DNA of 64,000 bases. It comes from Alphaproteobacteria bacterium (lineage in GTDB: Bacteria; Pseudomonadota; Alphaproteobacteria; JAUHZC01). The stretch covers positions 90,036-154,035 of the forward strand of contig JAUHZC010000002.1 in NCBI GenBank assembly GCA_030425805.1. Direction: 5' to 3'. Positions 42,665 to 52,078 of the stretch are shown piece by piece. The notes under the pieces were generated by a model. That model did no database searches. It worked only from the letters and a program-made list of their open reading frames with translations, and was not told the origin of the DNA. Position numbers and translations under genes: made by a program. Positions within the stretch are counted from its first letter, which is position 1. Each line of letters opens with the position of its first letter.

Positions 42665-42718
42665 TTTGCCAAGGCTTAAGAAGATGTTTTTACACCCTCT
42701 TGCCAAAGCCATAAATTT
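42665..42718 (+). repeat. 54-bp direct repeat, right copy (xseB upstream region)
   Basis: tttgccaaggcttaagaagat-gttttt-acaccctcttgccaaagccataaattt. Confidence 0.92.
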
Positions 42719-42752
42719 CTGAGATCTTTGAGGAAATCAAAAGGTGAAACCC

Positions 42753-43001
42753 ATGGAACCAAATGCACTTCCCAAGCTTGAGGGTCCTCTACCTGAAAAA
42801 TTTGAAGACGCCCTTGAGGAACTCTCTCAAATTGTTCGCTCCCTTGAATCTGGTCAAGTTCCCCTCGAAGAAAGCATTAAGGCTTATGAACGCGGGATGG
42901 CTTTGAAGAAGGTCTGTGAAGATCGCCTTAAGAACGCACAAATGCGGGTGCAAAAGCTTGTAGAGGGAGAAAATGGCGATATGGAAGCTACCCCTCTTTA
43001 A
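42753..43001 (+). CDS. xseB: Exodeoxyribonuclease VII small subunit
   Basis: FEDALEELSQIVRSLESGQVPLEESIKAYERG. Confidence 0.95.
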   Translation: MEPNALPKLEGPLPEKFEDALEELSQIVRSLESGQVPLEESIKAYERGMALKKVCEDRLKNAQMRVQKLVEGENGDMEATPL

Positions 43002-43051
43002 AAAACCATAAAAACCACTTACACTAAACAATAGAAAGTTTCAGGTCCCAA

Positions 43052-43354
43052 ATGAGCAATGTCATTCTCATTCCCCTTTTAAATCTCCTCGTCACTGTGA
43101 TGGGCATTGTGCAATTCTTTGTAATCCTCCGGATTATCATGAGCTGGTTGGTTGCCTTCGGCATCGTTAATGCCTATGGACAGGTTTCCAGCATGATCAA
43201 TGAATTCTCCTTTCGCCTGACGGAGCCTTTGATTGGACCCTTTCGGCGGATCCTCCCTAATATTGAAGGGATTGATCTCAGTCCTTTAGCCTTGCTTTTG
43301 GCCATTCATTTCCTTAGAGATATGATAGAGAATTTGATTTTACAGCTTCATTAA
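43052..43354 (+). CDS. YggT family membrane protein
   Basis: IMSWLVAFGIVN, LTEPLIGPFRRILP, IDLSP. Confidence 0.92.
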   Translation: MSNVILIPLLNLLVTVMGIVQFFVILRIIMSWLVAFGIVNAYGQVSSMINEFSFRLTEPLIGPFRRILPNIEGIDLSPLALLLAIHFLRDMIENLILQLH

Positions 43355-44196
43355 TGTCAGCCACCCTTATCAATGGAAAAACGCTCGCGGCGAATATCGC
43401 TCATACCTTGCGTGAGACGATCAAGAAGACACCTGGTCATCCCACCTTGTGCGCGATCCAAGTTGGAGAAGACCCCGCCTCCCAAGTCTACCTAAGGGCG
43501 AAAGCCAAGGCCTCAGAAAAGGTCGGTATCCAATTTTGCCGGGTTTCCCTGAAAGCTGATGTTGATCTCTCAGAGATTCTCTTTCAAATCCAAGAACTGA
43601 ATAAAGACCCGAAAGTTCACGGCATCATTGTTCAGCTTCCTCTACCAGATCCTGCTATGGTCCCTGCAGTGATTCAGGCCATTGCTCCTGAAAAAGACGT
43701 GGATGGCCTCCACCCTCTGAATCAAGGACGTCTCTTTTCTGGGGATTACAGCGGGATGATTCCTTGCACACCACTTGGTTGCCTTGAATTGATTCAATCT
43801 GTAGAACCTCATCTTTCTGGAAAGCACGCTGTCGTCGTTGGTCGCTCAGTCCTGGTCGGACGCCCCATGACACAGCTTCTTTTAGCGCAAGACTGTACAG
43901 TCACCCATTGCCATGGCAAAACAGTAGATCTTGCCGCCCATACCCGCCAAGCTGATATTCTTGTGAGTGCTGTTGGAAAACAAGGTCTGATTACAGCTGA
44001 CATGGTAAAGCCTGGTGCAACTGTTATTGATGTTGGCATTACCCGGGGAGAAACCCAGGTCATTGGAGACGTCCACCCAGATGTGGTCCAGGTTGCCAAG
44101 GCCCTCACCCCCGTTCCCGGAGGTGTGGGTCCTATGACTGTCATTGGGCTCATGGAAAACACTGTCCGAGCCTGGCAAGTTCAAACAAGGGCGTAG
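43354..44196 (+). CDS. folD: Methylenetetrahydrofolate dehydrogenase/cyclohydrolase
   Basis: VQLPLP, KDVDG, PCTPLG, TPVPGGVGPMT. Confidence 0.97.
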   Translation: MSATLINGKTLAANIAHTLRETIKKTPGHPTLCAIQVGEDPASQVYLRAKAKASEKVGIQFCRVSLKADVDLSEILFQIQELNKDPKVHGIIVQLPLPDPAMVPAVIQAIAPEKDVDGLHPLNQGRLFSGDYSGMIPCTPLGCLELIQSVEPHLSGKHAVVVGRSVLVGRPMTQLLLAQDCTVTHCHGKTVDLAAHTRQADILVSAVGKQGLITADMVKPGATVIDVGITRGETQVIGDVHPDVVQVAKALTPVPGGVGPMTVIGLMENTVRAWQVQTRA

Positions 44197-45275
44197 CCTT
44201 TTCCCCTTATTTGACTCTGAACCAACCGATATCCCGTCAAAATGATGAGTCCTGGGTAAAGAATTTCAAGGATCGGCGCAAGGAACCTGGAAATCCCTTG
44301 AAAATCTAGCGTTGAGAAACAAAATGAAATTGCCAACGTCCCCAGAAAACACCATCGAAAAGGGAGCTTCAGCTGGCTCTGGATAAACTCTGCAAAAAGA
44401 AAAGCCAACACTGAGGCCGTTGTGAGGCAGGCCAAAGAGACTGCCAAGCAAAGGAGGCTTTTGCTATAGGGACCAAGTGCATGAGCCGCAATAATACCGA
44501 GAAAATGTTGTGGCGCCGCCCCTTCTAAAAGCGGTGCGTAAGCTGCCCCCAGGTATACAAAACTTGTATACACTCCGATAAAAAGGCAAAGTGCAAGAAG
44601 CAGACTCCCCCCAAGAACAAACTGCTGTTCTTTTTTGGGGATCGCTTGACTTTGCAAATAGTCATAAATCACTTTTGCAAAAAAGAAAGCCGCCAGAAGA
44701 TCCATTGTCTCATATCCCACCTTAAATCCTGTCCACAAAGAGACATGAGATGGTGTCGTCATTTGCATAGGCGGCTGTGCTTTATAGAGCCCTGCAAAAA
44801 TAATGCAGAAAATCCCAATCAACAATCCAGGCGTCAGATACTTCCCAATTGCCACCATCAAGGTCTCTCGCCGCAAAGCCAGGAAATAAATCAGAATGCA
44901 GGCACATAAACTAAAGGCCATTATCGGAAGTTCGATGCCGAAATTCAAAAAGCTTCCATAAGACACTGTAATACACCGTGGCACCACTCCAAAAGGCCCT
45001 AAAAGACTGAGGAGTAGAAAAGACAATGCAATTGAGAGACGCCTTCCGAAAACATCAAAAAAGTCTCCTTTAAAAAGAAGAACGCTCAGTACGCCTAAAA
45101 AAGGCAGAAAAACACCGGCAAGAATGACACCAAGGCTGGCCCAGGGAAACCCTGAGAGACTTTGTGTTCCCACAACTAAGGGAAACACAAGGTTTCCCGA
45201 GCCAAAAAACATTGCAAAAATGGCGAATCCAATCTTGAGGGTTTGCCCAATATGATAAGAAAAAATAGGTTTCAT
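44181..45275 (-). CDS. brnQ: Branched-chain amino acid transporter BrnQ (LIVCS family)
   Basis: FAMFFGSGNLVFP, GPFGVVPR, GYETMDLLAAFFF, LACLTTA, LEILYP. Confidence 0.92.
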   Translation of the reverse strand: MKPIFSYHIGQTLKIGFAIFAMFFGSGNLVFPLVVGTQSLSGFPWASLGVILAGVFLPFLGVLSVLLFKGDFFDVFGRRLSIALSFLLLSLLGPFGVVPRCITVSYGSFLNFGIELPIMAFSLCACILIYFLALRRETLMVAIGKYLTPGLLIGIFCIIFAGLYKAQPPMQMTTPSHVSLWTGFKVGYETMDLLAAFFFAKVIYDYLQSQAIPKKEQQFVLGGSLLLALCLFIGVYTSFVYLGAAYAPLLEGAAPQHFLGIIAAHALGPYSKSLLCLAVSLACLTTASVLAFLFAEFIQSQLKLPFRWCFLGTLAISFCFSTLDFQGISRFLAPILEILYPGLIILTGYRLVQSQIRGKGYALV

Positions 45276-45326
45276 CGTCCGTATCCATTACGAAATAAAA
45301 ATTAAAATAGAAATATAAAATGAGGG

Positions 45327-45362
45327 GAAAAAAGGCGTAGGTCGGCGTTAGCCGACGACGCG
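45327..45362 (-). terminator. Attenuator-type terminator overlapping the leader stop codon
   Basis: Minus strand GCGT-c-GTCGGC-TAAC-GCCGAC-ct-ACGC-c-TTTTTT. Confidence 0.7.
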
Positions 45363-45416
45363 GACGACGACGGAGACAACAGGAGAGTTTGAAAGGATGA
45401 AGTGTTGTCGATCCAT
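45348..45416 (-). CDS. Val-rich leader peptide of brnQ (22 aa, MDRQHFILSNSPVVSVVVRVVG)
   Basis: AAGGTGAG RBS 7 nt before ATG; 7 Val in the last 10 codons; directly upstream of a BCAA transporter. Confidence 0.8.
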   Translation of the reverse strand: MDRQHFILSNSPVVSVVVRVVG

Positions 45417-45486
45417 AATGAAACTCACCTTAACGGATTTTAGTCTTTTCTCCAAGGAGATTATGCAACCCCCTTTCAGGGGGCCA

Positions 45487-46782
45487 TTACGACTGTGGGG
45501 ATTTCTCAGTAATTTTCAGGAGGGTGATCTGATTTCCCACACGGCGCAGGACCTCAATTTCAAGGTTATGGATCACAAAAATTTGACCCATCTCAGGGAT
45601 AGTCATGGTCTCCTCAAGAACTAGCCCGGCAAGGGTACTGGCTTCCTCATCAGGAAGTTCCCACTCAAAACGACGATTCAGATCACGGATCGTGACCTTA
45701 CCATCGACCATGATCTCGCCCTTTTTGTTCACAAAGATATTGGACTCATCCTGGTCTGTCTCATCTGTAATATCACCCACAATCTCTTCGAGGATATCTT
45801 CCAGAGTGAGCAAGCCCTGAATATCGCCGTATTCATCTACCACAAGAGCAACGTGTTCTCCGCGCTTTCTAAAAGCATGCATCTGACTCAGCAGCGTCCG
45901 GGTTTCTGGCACAAACCAGGGTTTTGAGGCCAGACCCAACACATCTATACTCTCAAGCTTGACCTTTGTTTTTGACGTCACAGCCCGAATGAAGGACTTC
46001 ACATGAAGAATCCCCACGATGTTATCTTGGTTATCAATATAAATAGGAACACGCGTATAAGGGCAATCCAAGATCTGGCGTACAATCTCTGACGCAGGAA
46101 GCCCTCCATCGACACAAAACATGTTTTTACGGTGGATCATCACTTCTTCCACAGCCACATTGCCAAGATCTAGGATACTCTGAAGCATTAACTGCTCATC
46201 CCGTGCCTCAACCCCAGAACGACCATGGAGATCTATAATGCCCCTCAACTCTTCCACGGTATCTACAGTCTCTTGATCTGGAGATTTTTTGAGTCCAAAA
46301 AGCCGAAGGTTCATTCGGGCATAAAAATCCATAAACCGTGTCACAGGACTTGTGATAAAGAGAACAACCCTGACCATTGGGGAAACAATCACGGCATAAC
46401 TTTCTGCAAAGGTAATGGCTAAAATTTTCGGCAGAACTTCAGCATAGATCACTAAGGCCGCCGCCATCACCCCTGTAGCAATAAAAACACCGGCATCTCC
46501 AAACATCTCCACAAAGAGGTGCGTCGCAAGAGCTGAAGCAAAAATATTAATCAATGTATTACAAAACAAGATGGAGCTAATGAGAATCGGCAACTCCTGC
46601 TTCAAAAGCAAAACCCGAGAAGCCGCCACTGACCCCTCCTTTTCCATACGGTGCAATCGGACCTTAGATGCCGCAATGAAAGCTGTTTCTGTTCCAGAAA
46701 AAACAGCAGAAAGCAAAGTCAATCCAACCAAAGCAAGGGCCGAACCGTATTGTTCAAAAATGGAGAGAATTTGCTCTAACAT
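45487..46782 (-). CDS. HlyC/CorC (CNNM) family transporter
   Basis: SAVFSGTETA DUF21 TM domain, CBS pair, VVDEYG...TLEDILEEIVGDI, CorC C-terminus. Confidence 0.93.
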   Translation of the reverse strand: MLEQILSIFEQYGSALALVGLTLLSAVFSGTETAFIAASKVRLHRMEKEGSVAASRVLLLKQELPILISSILFCNTLINIFASALATHLFVEMFGDAGVFIATGVMAAALVIYAEVLPKILAITFAESYAVIVSPMVRVVLFITSPVTRFMDFYARMNLRLFGLKKSPDQETVDTVEELRGIIDLHGRSGVEARDEQLMLQSILDLGNVAVEEVMIHRKNMFCVDGGLPASEIVRQILDCPYTRVPIYIDNQDNIVGILHVKSFIRAVTSKTKVKLESIDVLGLASKPWFVPETRTLLSQMHAFRKRGEHVALVVDEYGDIQGLLTLEDILEEIVGDITDETDQDESNIFVNKKGEIMVDGKVTIRDLNRRFEWELPDEEASTLAGLVLEETMTIPEMGQIFVIHNLEIEVLRRVGNQITLLKITEKSPQS

Positions 46783-46803
46783 ACCACGCCATCATACCTG
46801 TAT

Positions 46804-49035
46804 TTATGATTGTCGCCTAGAGGATCTTTGCTGCTTCTGAAGCTCTTCTCTTGTGGGAATGCGTTCAATATCCTGATAAGAAAAGCGCTCTCCTGTCTGC
46901 GGGTCAATGCACAATAAATGAACCCATTCATTGCCAAAAAGCCTTTGAAGAACCTCTTGCCGATGAATCACTTTCTTCAGCCGCGCTACAGGAGCATAAA
47001 CCACCGTCAGTAACCTTTGTGGCATATGATACAGCTTGTTATCCCCTGCATACACAGACTGAAGCGGCAAGCCTGTCATAAGATCACTCCCATTTCCCTG
47101 CATCACACTATGCTTACCAACAATATTTTTTGTGACCTTGCTCCCGCCACCGTAGGCAACATTATTAAGGCTGGAGAAAAAATATTGCATATTAATCCAC
47201 TGGGCGACAACCATGGGAGCCGTCAAGATTGTCTCTAAAATAGCACCATCCTTGTCCTGCTCCCAGTCATAGGAATGAAGAAAGGTGCGCCCTTCCAGAT
47301 CCATGCTTGTTGTAATGGAGCGGGGTCCCACGATAAAGGCAGCATTTTGAGCCAACCCCCATTCTGGGCGAATCTGAGCCCAATCCCAAGCGTAGGAGCG
47401 AACACGCTTTCCTTTTTTGCGTCGAACAGGGAGTCTTTGAATGCGTTCCCCAGAAACCTCTTGTTGTGCCTTCTGAAGGTCTTCCCGGATTTCTTTTAAG
47501 GCAGGCAGTGATGCAGCCTCCCCAAAAAGAGAGATATCATCAGTCGTTGTATTGTGTTGTGCCGCCAAAAACGTTACGTCCTCTAGAATACGGATCCCTC
47601 TTTGGGCAAGCTGCTCCCTCACGCTCGGCGTATTCAAAATCTGCGCAAGAATCTGGGCATTATCACCCCCTTGATGCCCCGCACATGCTCCACAATCCAA
47701 GGCCGATGCATAAGCATTGTTCTGGGTTTGGCTACCATGACCACAGAAGATGACATACTTTGCAAAGTTATGGGTGAGTCCCATACCCCGCAAAGCATTC
47801 TCTGCCATATCACACTGCATTTTGAGAGGAATCCCAGAAAGATCAAAGGGAGCCACATGCCTGCGCCTTAAATACCCAACAACAGAATAGAGGGCTCCGG
47901 TTATGCGCGGAAAGAGTGTCCGCATCCCCATCCAGAATCCTGAGAGAGGCCCCAGTGTCTCAACCAACGCAAGAGGCGCTGTAAAAGTATATTTCAGAGA
48001 TTGATAGAGCCTTTTGAAGGTTGCGGAGCTTAACCGGGAACGTTTCTCCAATCCTGGCTCTTCCACCATATGTTCTGGCTTAAGCAAAACAGGGCAAGCT
48101 GCATAAGGCGCGCGCTCCCCTTTTTTCTGAAGTGCGACCGGTACTCCAAAAAAACCAGCAAACCCAAATGTCTCATAATTTCCACGAGCCTCAATAGCCC
48201 GACGCATGGGTTCTGACCGCACATCGATACAAAAGACAAGTTGTGCCTTGAGAGGATAATCAGGTTTTGCCTGAGGATCTCCTGTTTCAAGAAGCGTTAA
48301 AAGATGTTCTTGGTAAGTCTCTTCTGCTGCAATAACCTCTTTTAAAATTTTTTCCCTCCCAAGAGGAGTCTCTTGTTTTTTCAAAAGAACGGAAATTGGT
48401 TTTTCTTCAGGCCAAAGCAGCGCTAGGATTGCAGCTCTCAAGGCAACAAACTCAATCTTCAAAGATTTTTTCTCTTGCCCAGACCAGTCCTCAAGATATT
48501 TCACATGAGCTGCCCACCCAGGAAGTGTTGCTAAGAGGAGTGTGAGAAAGTGTCCCCAATCTTCCCGCTTTAGACCCAACCGGATAAAACTTGAATGTAA
48601 AACCCCTTCAGGCAAATCTGGCAGGGATTGAATCCAGGAGGCCGCATTTTTATCTTTGCCCACAAGCTCTGCATCATAAACAGCCAGCCTTTTCCAAGCC
48701 TGCAAAAGACCCTGATCGCGCAAAGGCATTTCAATTGTGGCCTGCCCTTCATCAAAGAAAGCCTGGAAGTACTTAATGGAGATTGTATTTAACGTCAAAA
48801 TTTCCTGGGGGAAGGAGGTTTGCTCATAGAGCTGCGCCCCTTTCTCAAGAGCCTCAGAAAAAGACAAGTCCTCAAGTCCCTGAAGAGGATTGACAGCAAT
48901 CAAGCTCTGAAGCGGCCAAAAAGGAGCCACCAGGCGCCAGGAAACTTCATTTAACCCATGAAGCTCAGAGAGAGACTCCTCTCTTTGAGGAGTTTGAGTC
49001 TTTTTACTTTTTTGTTGAGAGGTAACAATTTTCAT
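46804..49035 (-). CDS. dabA: DabA/MpsB (DUF2309) inorganic carbon pump subunit
   Basis: WPL..IAVNPL, FCIDVRSE, ETFGFAGFFG, GHGS, LDCGACAG, RPEWGLA, FLHSYDW. Confidence 0.93.
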   Translation of the reverse strand: MKIVTSQQKSKKTQTPQREESLSELHGLNEVSWRLVAPFWPLQSLIAVNPLQGLEDLSFSEALEKGAQLYEQTSFPQEILTLNTISIKYFQAFFDEGQATIEMPLRDQGLLQAWKRLAVYDAELVGKDKNAASWIQSLPDLPEGVLHSSFIRLGLKREDWGHFLTLLLATLPGWAAHVKYLEDWSGQEKKSLKIEFVALRAAILALLWPEEKPISVLLKKQETPLGREKILKEVIAAEETYQEHLLTLLETGDPQAKPDYPLKAQLVFCIDVRSEPMRRAIEARGNYETFGFAGFFGVPVALQKKGERAPYAACPVLLKPEHMVEEPGLEKRSRLSSATFKRLYQSLKYTFTAPLALVETLGPLSGFWMGMRTLFPRITGALYSVVGYLRRRHVAPFDLSGIPLKMQCDMAENALRGMGLTHNFAKYVIFCGHGSQTQNNAYASALDCGACAGHQGGDNAQILAQILNTPSVREQLAQRGIRILEDVTFLAAQHNTTTDDISLFGEAASLPALKEIREDLQKAQQEVSGERIQRLPVRRKKGKRVRSYAWDWAQIRPEWGLAQNAAFIVGPRSITTSMDLEGRTFLHSYDWEQDKDGAILETILTAPMVVAQWINMQYFFSSLNNVAYGGGSKVTKNIVGKHSVMQGNGSDLMTGLPLQSVYAGDNKLYHMPQRLLTVVYAPVARLKKVIHRQEVLQRLFGNEWVHLLCIDPQTGERFSYQDIERIPTREELQKQQRSSRRQS

Positions 49036-50384
49036 GAGGAGGCCTCTTCAGTATAGGCATATAAATTTCGGTGAGGTGTTAGTGTTCCAGGGGCTGGCTG
49101 GCTACGATTCAGCCCTCGCATATAAAGCTTAAGGAACCACTCAGACTGCATGCCTTTTACCATCAACTTCTCACGGAATAAAAATCCTGACCAAACCAGG
49201 AACAAGGTAAAGGCAGCCCCGAAATGTAATAGGCTCAAGGGGTGTGGCTGCATAGCTCCTAGAGGAGAGAGAAAGCTCTCAATTGTTGAAACACTATATC
49301 CATAACCAGCGCCAACCAAGGCTGTCAAAACGGCAACAGGAACAAAGCGCTTGAGCAAAGAAGTTCTCAAAAGAGTCAACGCAAATTGTGCCCCAGCAAC
49401 AGTCGTTAAAAAGAGTAGGAAAGTGCGGGTATCCATAGCTTTCCAAGAATAGCCACTCATCTCACAAAAGCCATAACTTGCCCCAATACCACAAATGATA
49501 GCCACAACAAAGGCTTCAACAGTCGGAGTCACCTGCTTATCATAGCGATTTTCCTGAGCCGCCCCACCGGATGCCAAGAACAAATATGCTTTGAAGAAAC
49601 CGTGCCAGCAAAGGTGCGTTACTGCTGCTGGAAAGAGCCCAAGCCCGCACTGGACGATCATGAACCCCATCTGGGACATTGTCGAACAGGCTAACATTCG
49701 CTTGACATCACTTTGCAAAAGTTTCCAGAAAGTCCCCAGAACGGTTGTGAAAATTCCAACCATAAACAGGATAGAAAGGGCTTCTCCTTCCCCAAAGAGT
49801 AAGGGGGAAAAACGCACCAGCAAAAAGCCACCCCCGTTCACAAGCCCTGCATGCATCAAAGCAGAAACTGGAGTTGGAGAATTCAAAGAGCTTAAAAGCC
49901 ACTTGTGGAAAGGCCAAATTGCAGACTGTACCATCGCCCCCAAGATTAAAAGAGAAAGTACTAGGACTTTTGACCATCCATCAAGTCCATAGAGAAAAAT
50001 CCACTGGAGTGAGGTCTCCCCTGTTTCAAAAAACATTAGAAAAAAGGCACCTCCTATCAGCACCCCCCCGCTCCCAAGCATACGCCCAGCTAAAACACCA
50101 GAGGCCCGAGCCGCAGCCCAAGAAGACTTGTGAATCATGAGCCGCACAAGGAGATAATTGCTCACCATCCAGGCTACCCAGAACAGCGCTAGATGATCTG
50201 AAGAAACCATCAAAAGGAGTGCAACGACCAACCCGGCCAAACGGAGGAAGAAGCGGCCAAAAGCCTGATCTCCCCTTAGATACCTTATAGAAAAGCTCCC
50301 GATAATGAACGCAATAAAGCTGATGAGCCCTGCAGTGAGAATCGCAAGTTCATCTATATTCAAAAGAGCGGTGAAGGTTTCCAT
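49032..50384 (-). CDS. dabB: DabB/MpsA membrane subunit (NuoL/MrpA-like)
   Basis: PFHKWL, PTPVSALMHAG, LACSTMSQMGFM, HGFFKAYLFL; ATGA overlap with dabA. Confidence 0.9.
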   Translation of the reverse strand: METFTALLNIDELAILTAGLISFIAFIIGSFSIRYLRGDQAFGRFFLRLAGLVVALLLMVSSDHLALFWVAWMVSNYLLVRLMIHKSSWAAARASGVLAGRMLGSGGVLIGGAFFLMFFETGETSLQWIFLYGLDGWSKVLVLSLLILGAMVQSAIWPFHKWLLSSLNSPTPVSALMHAGLVNGGGFLLVRFSPLLFGEGEALSILFMVGIFTTVLGTFWKLLQSDVKRMLACSTMSQMGFMIVQCGLGLFPAAVTHLCWHGFFKAYLFLASGGAAQENRYDKQVTPTVEAFVVAIICGIGASYGFCEMSGYSWKAMDTRTFLLFLTTVAGAQFALTLLRTSLLKRFVPVAVLTALVGAGYGYSVSTIESFLSPLGAMQPHPLSLLHFGAAFTLFLVWSGFLFREKLMVKGMQSEWFLKLYMRGLNRSQPAPGTLTPHRNLYAYTEEASS

Positions 50385-50547
50385 AGCCCTGACTCCCCAA
50401 TTTGGTACATCAGGGTATCACTAAATTACCCCCCCGCAAAGCCTTATGGAAAACTTAGTTATAAGGGTTTATTTTGACTGTTTTTTTTCTTTACATCAAT
50501 TTTTCTAAGACTAGAATACTTGGCGTCGTTTAAAAAGGATAAGATTT

Positions 50548-52008
50548 ATGAAGTTCTTATTAGCTTTTCTTTTCTCTCTTTATTTCATCATACCCGTACA
50601 AAGCAACGCTGCTACTCTAGAATCTCTTCCCCCAGGACCTTGCTGTCATCTCATTGAACACTTAGACCCAGGTGCAATTCTTGCTCTGTTGCAAACCTCA
50701 AAAACCATCAGAACGCAAGTAAGCTCTGCCTTTTTTGAAAAGCACTTCAGAACAACTTTTCAAAAGCTTCTTAGGGAAGAATATGTTCCCCTCTCCACCC
50801 AAGAACAACTCGTTGCTTTCTTAAATTGTCATCCAGAACAAAAAGCTCGGGTCCTTAAAGACTGCGTGGAAAAGGCAAAAGTAAGAGGATATCTTTTCGT
50901 GCCCTTCATATATACAAGTAACCCACGTCACGGTAGGCGCATTGGTTTTTTTGGCTTTGCCAATACTTTGATTAGTGAATGGCCATTTGGCGCCCCCTCT
51001 AAAGGCTTATTTATGCCCTCAAATGATTTTTTCATAGACCTTTTTAGAAAATATTCACCCGTTAATCCGGACCGAGGAGGAGATTGGGTAGCAAGGATGC
51101 GTGCTTCTTCAGGTCGCGAGCTTTTTGTGCACCCAGAGGCTTCCCCTGCACAACTTGAAGACTTAGCAAACCGACTTAGAAATGGGCACACTCGCCTGAG
51201 TGACTATCTTGCTCTTGAAGAAACAGAAGCTGGTCATGCGGACTCTACCTCTGGTGCCCCTCGAAAACGGGGACGACCTGATTTAGAAGAAGAAGTGGAT
51301 GATGGAGCAGCAAGCGCTGCAGGAGGAGGTGCAGCAACGCAAGCCCCTCCTGGTCAAACTTGGCAACAAAGGCTCCTTCCCTCTTATACCCCAAGAATTG
51401 TTGTTACAACAGCACAACTCTCCAGCCCTGTTGTATTCTCTGATCTCACACGCATTTTTACAGCTCACCCGGACTATGTCCTTGTTATAGATATTGAAGC
51501 AAATGATCCTCCGGAAGATGAGGATGAAGATGAAGATGATGAATTAAACAACAGCTTTGATCTTTCCTCTCTGAGAGGTCATATTCCAAGGTCCGTTAAG
51601 AGAATTGCTCTCTCTGACTCCAGCGATCGTGTGGAAATTCTACAAGGAACCTTTCCTCCAGAACTTGCAGATACTCTAGAGGTGGTTGATCTCTCAGGAA
51701 ACAGCGTTTTAAGGTGCTTTGGTGATGATAGCCCTTATTCTGCAGCATCTCCAGGCATTTTAGAAGGATTTACCCGGCTTAAAGTTGTGTGTCTACGAGC
51801 ATGTGGTTTTCTTGAATCTCTCGGCCCTCGATCCCTTCGCAACACACCTTTGCTGAAGGTCTTAGATCTAAGAGATTGTCCAGCCTTTGAAAAGCTTTAT
51901 CCTGATGCCCTTACAGGATCAGGTATTCCCCTTCCTGAGCATCCTGAATCAGCCTTCCTGACAAGAACAGTTGGAAGTGTTGATGGCTCTGGAGGTGGTA
52001 CAGCCTAA
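50548..52008 (+). CDS. Exported F-box-like/LRR candidate effector
   Basis: AAGGA RBS, signal peptide, LESLP...HLDP...LLQTSK, PRKRGRP, acidic tract, C-terminal LRRs. Confidence 0.75.
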   Translation: MKFLLAFLFSLYFIIPVQSNAATLESLPPGPCCHLIEHLDPGAILALLQTSKTIRTQVSSAFFEKHFRTTFQKLLREEYVPLSTQEQLVAFLNCHPEQKARVLKDCVEKAKVRGYLFVPFIYTSNPRHGRRIGFFGFANTLISEWPFGAPSKGLFMPSNDFFIDLFRKYSPVNPDRGGDWVARMRASSGRELFVHPEASPAQLEDLANRLRNGHTRLSDYLALEETEAGHADSTSGAPRKRGRPDLEEEVDDGAASAAGGGAATQAPPGQTWQQRLLPSYTPRIVVTTAQLSSPVVFSDLTRIFTAHPDYVLVIDIEANDPPEDEDEDEDDELNNSFDLSSLRGHIPRSVKRIALSDSSDRVEILQGTFPPELADTLEVVDLSGNSVLRCFGDDSPYSAASPGILEGFTRLKVVCLRACGFLESLGPRSLRNTPLLKVLDLRDCPAFEKLYPDALTGSGIPLPEHPESAFLTRTVGSVDGSGGGTA

Positions 52009-52024
52009 AGCTTTTCACATAACA

Positions 52025-52053
52025 AAAACCTCCCCGAAAGGAGGGGAGGTTTT
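52025..52053. terminator. Bidirectional Rho-independent terminator
   Basis: aaaacctcccc-gaaagga-ggggaggtttt between convergent genes. Confidence 0.88.
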
Positions 52054-52078
52054 ACTTCAGACAAGAGTAAGAGAGATT

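Noticed and set aside
45350-45372. (GAC)n microsatellite-like run
   Set aside because: Explained by GTC Val codons of the minus-strand leader peptide
49032-50384. Stray NADH dehydrogenase subunit nuoL
   Set aside because: Coupled to a DUF2309 gene and no other nuo genes nearby, so it is DabB/MpsA
50443-50465. cttat-N13-ataag inverted repeat upstream of dabB as a LysR site
   Set aside because: Short and AT-rich with no adjacent regulator; too weak to call
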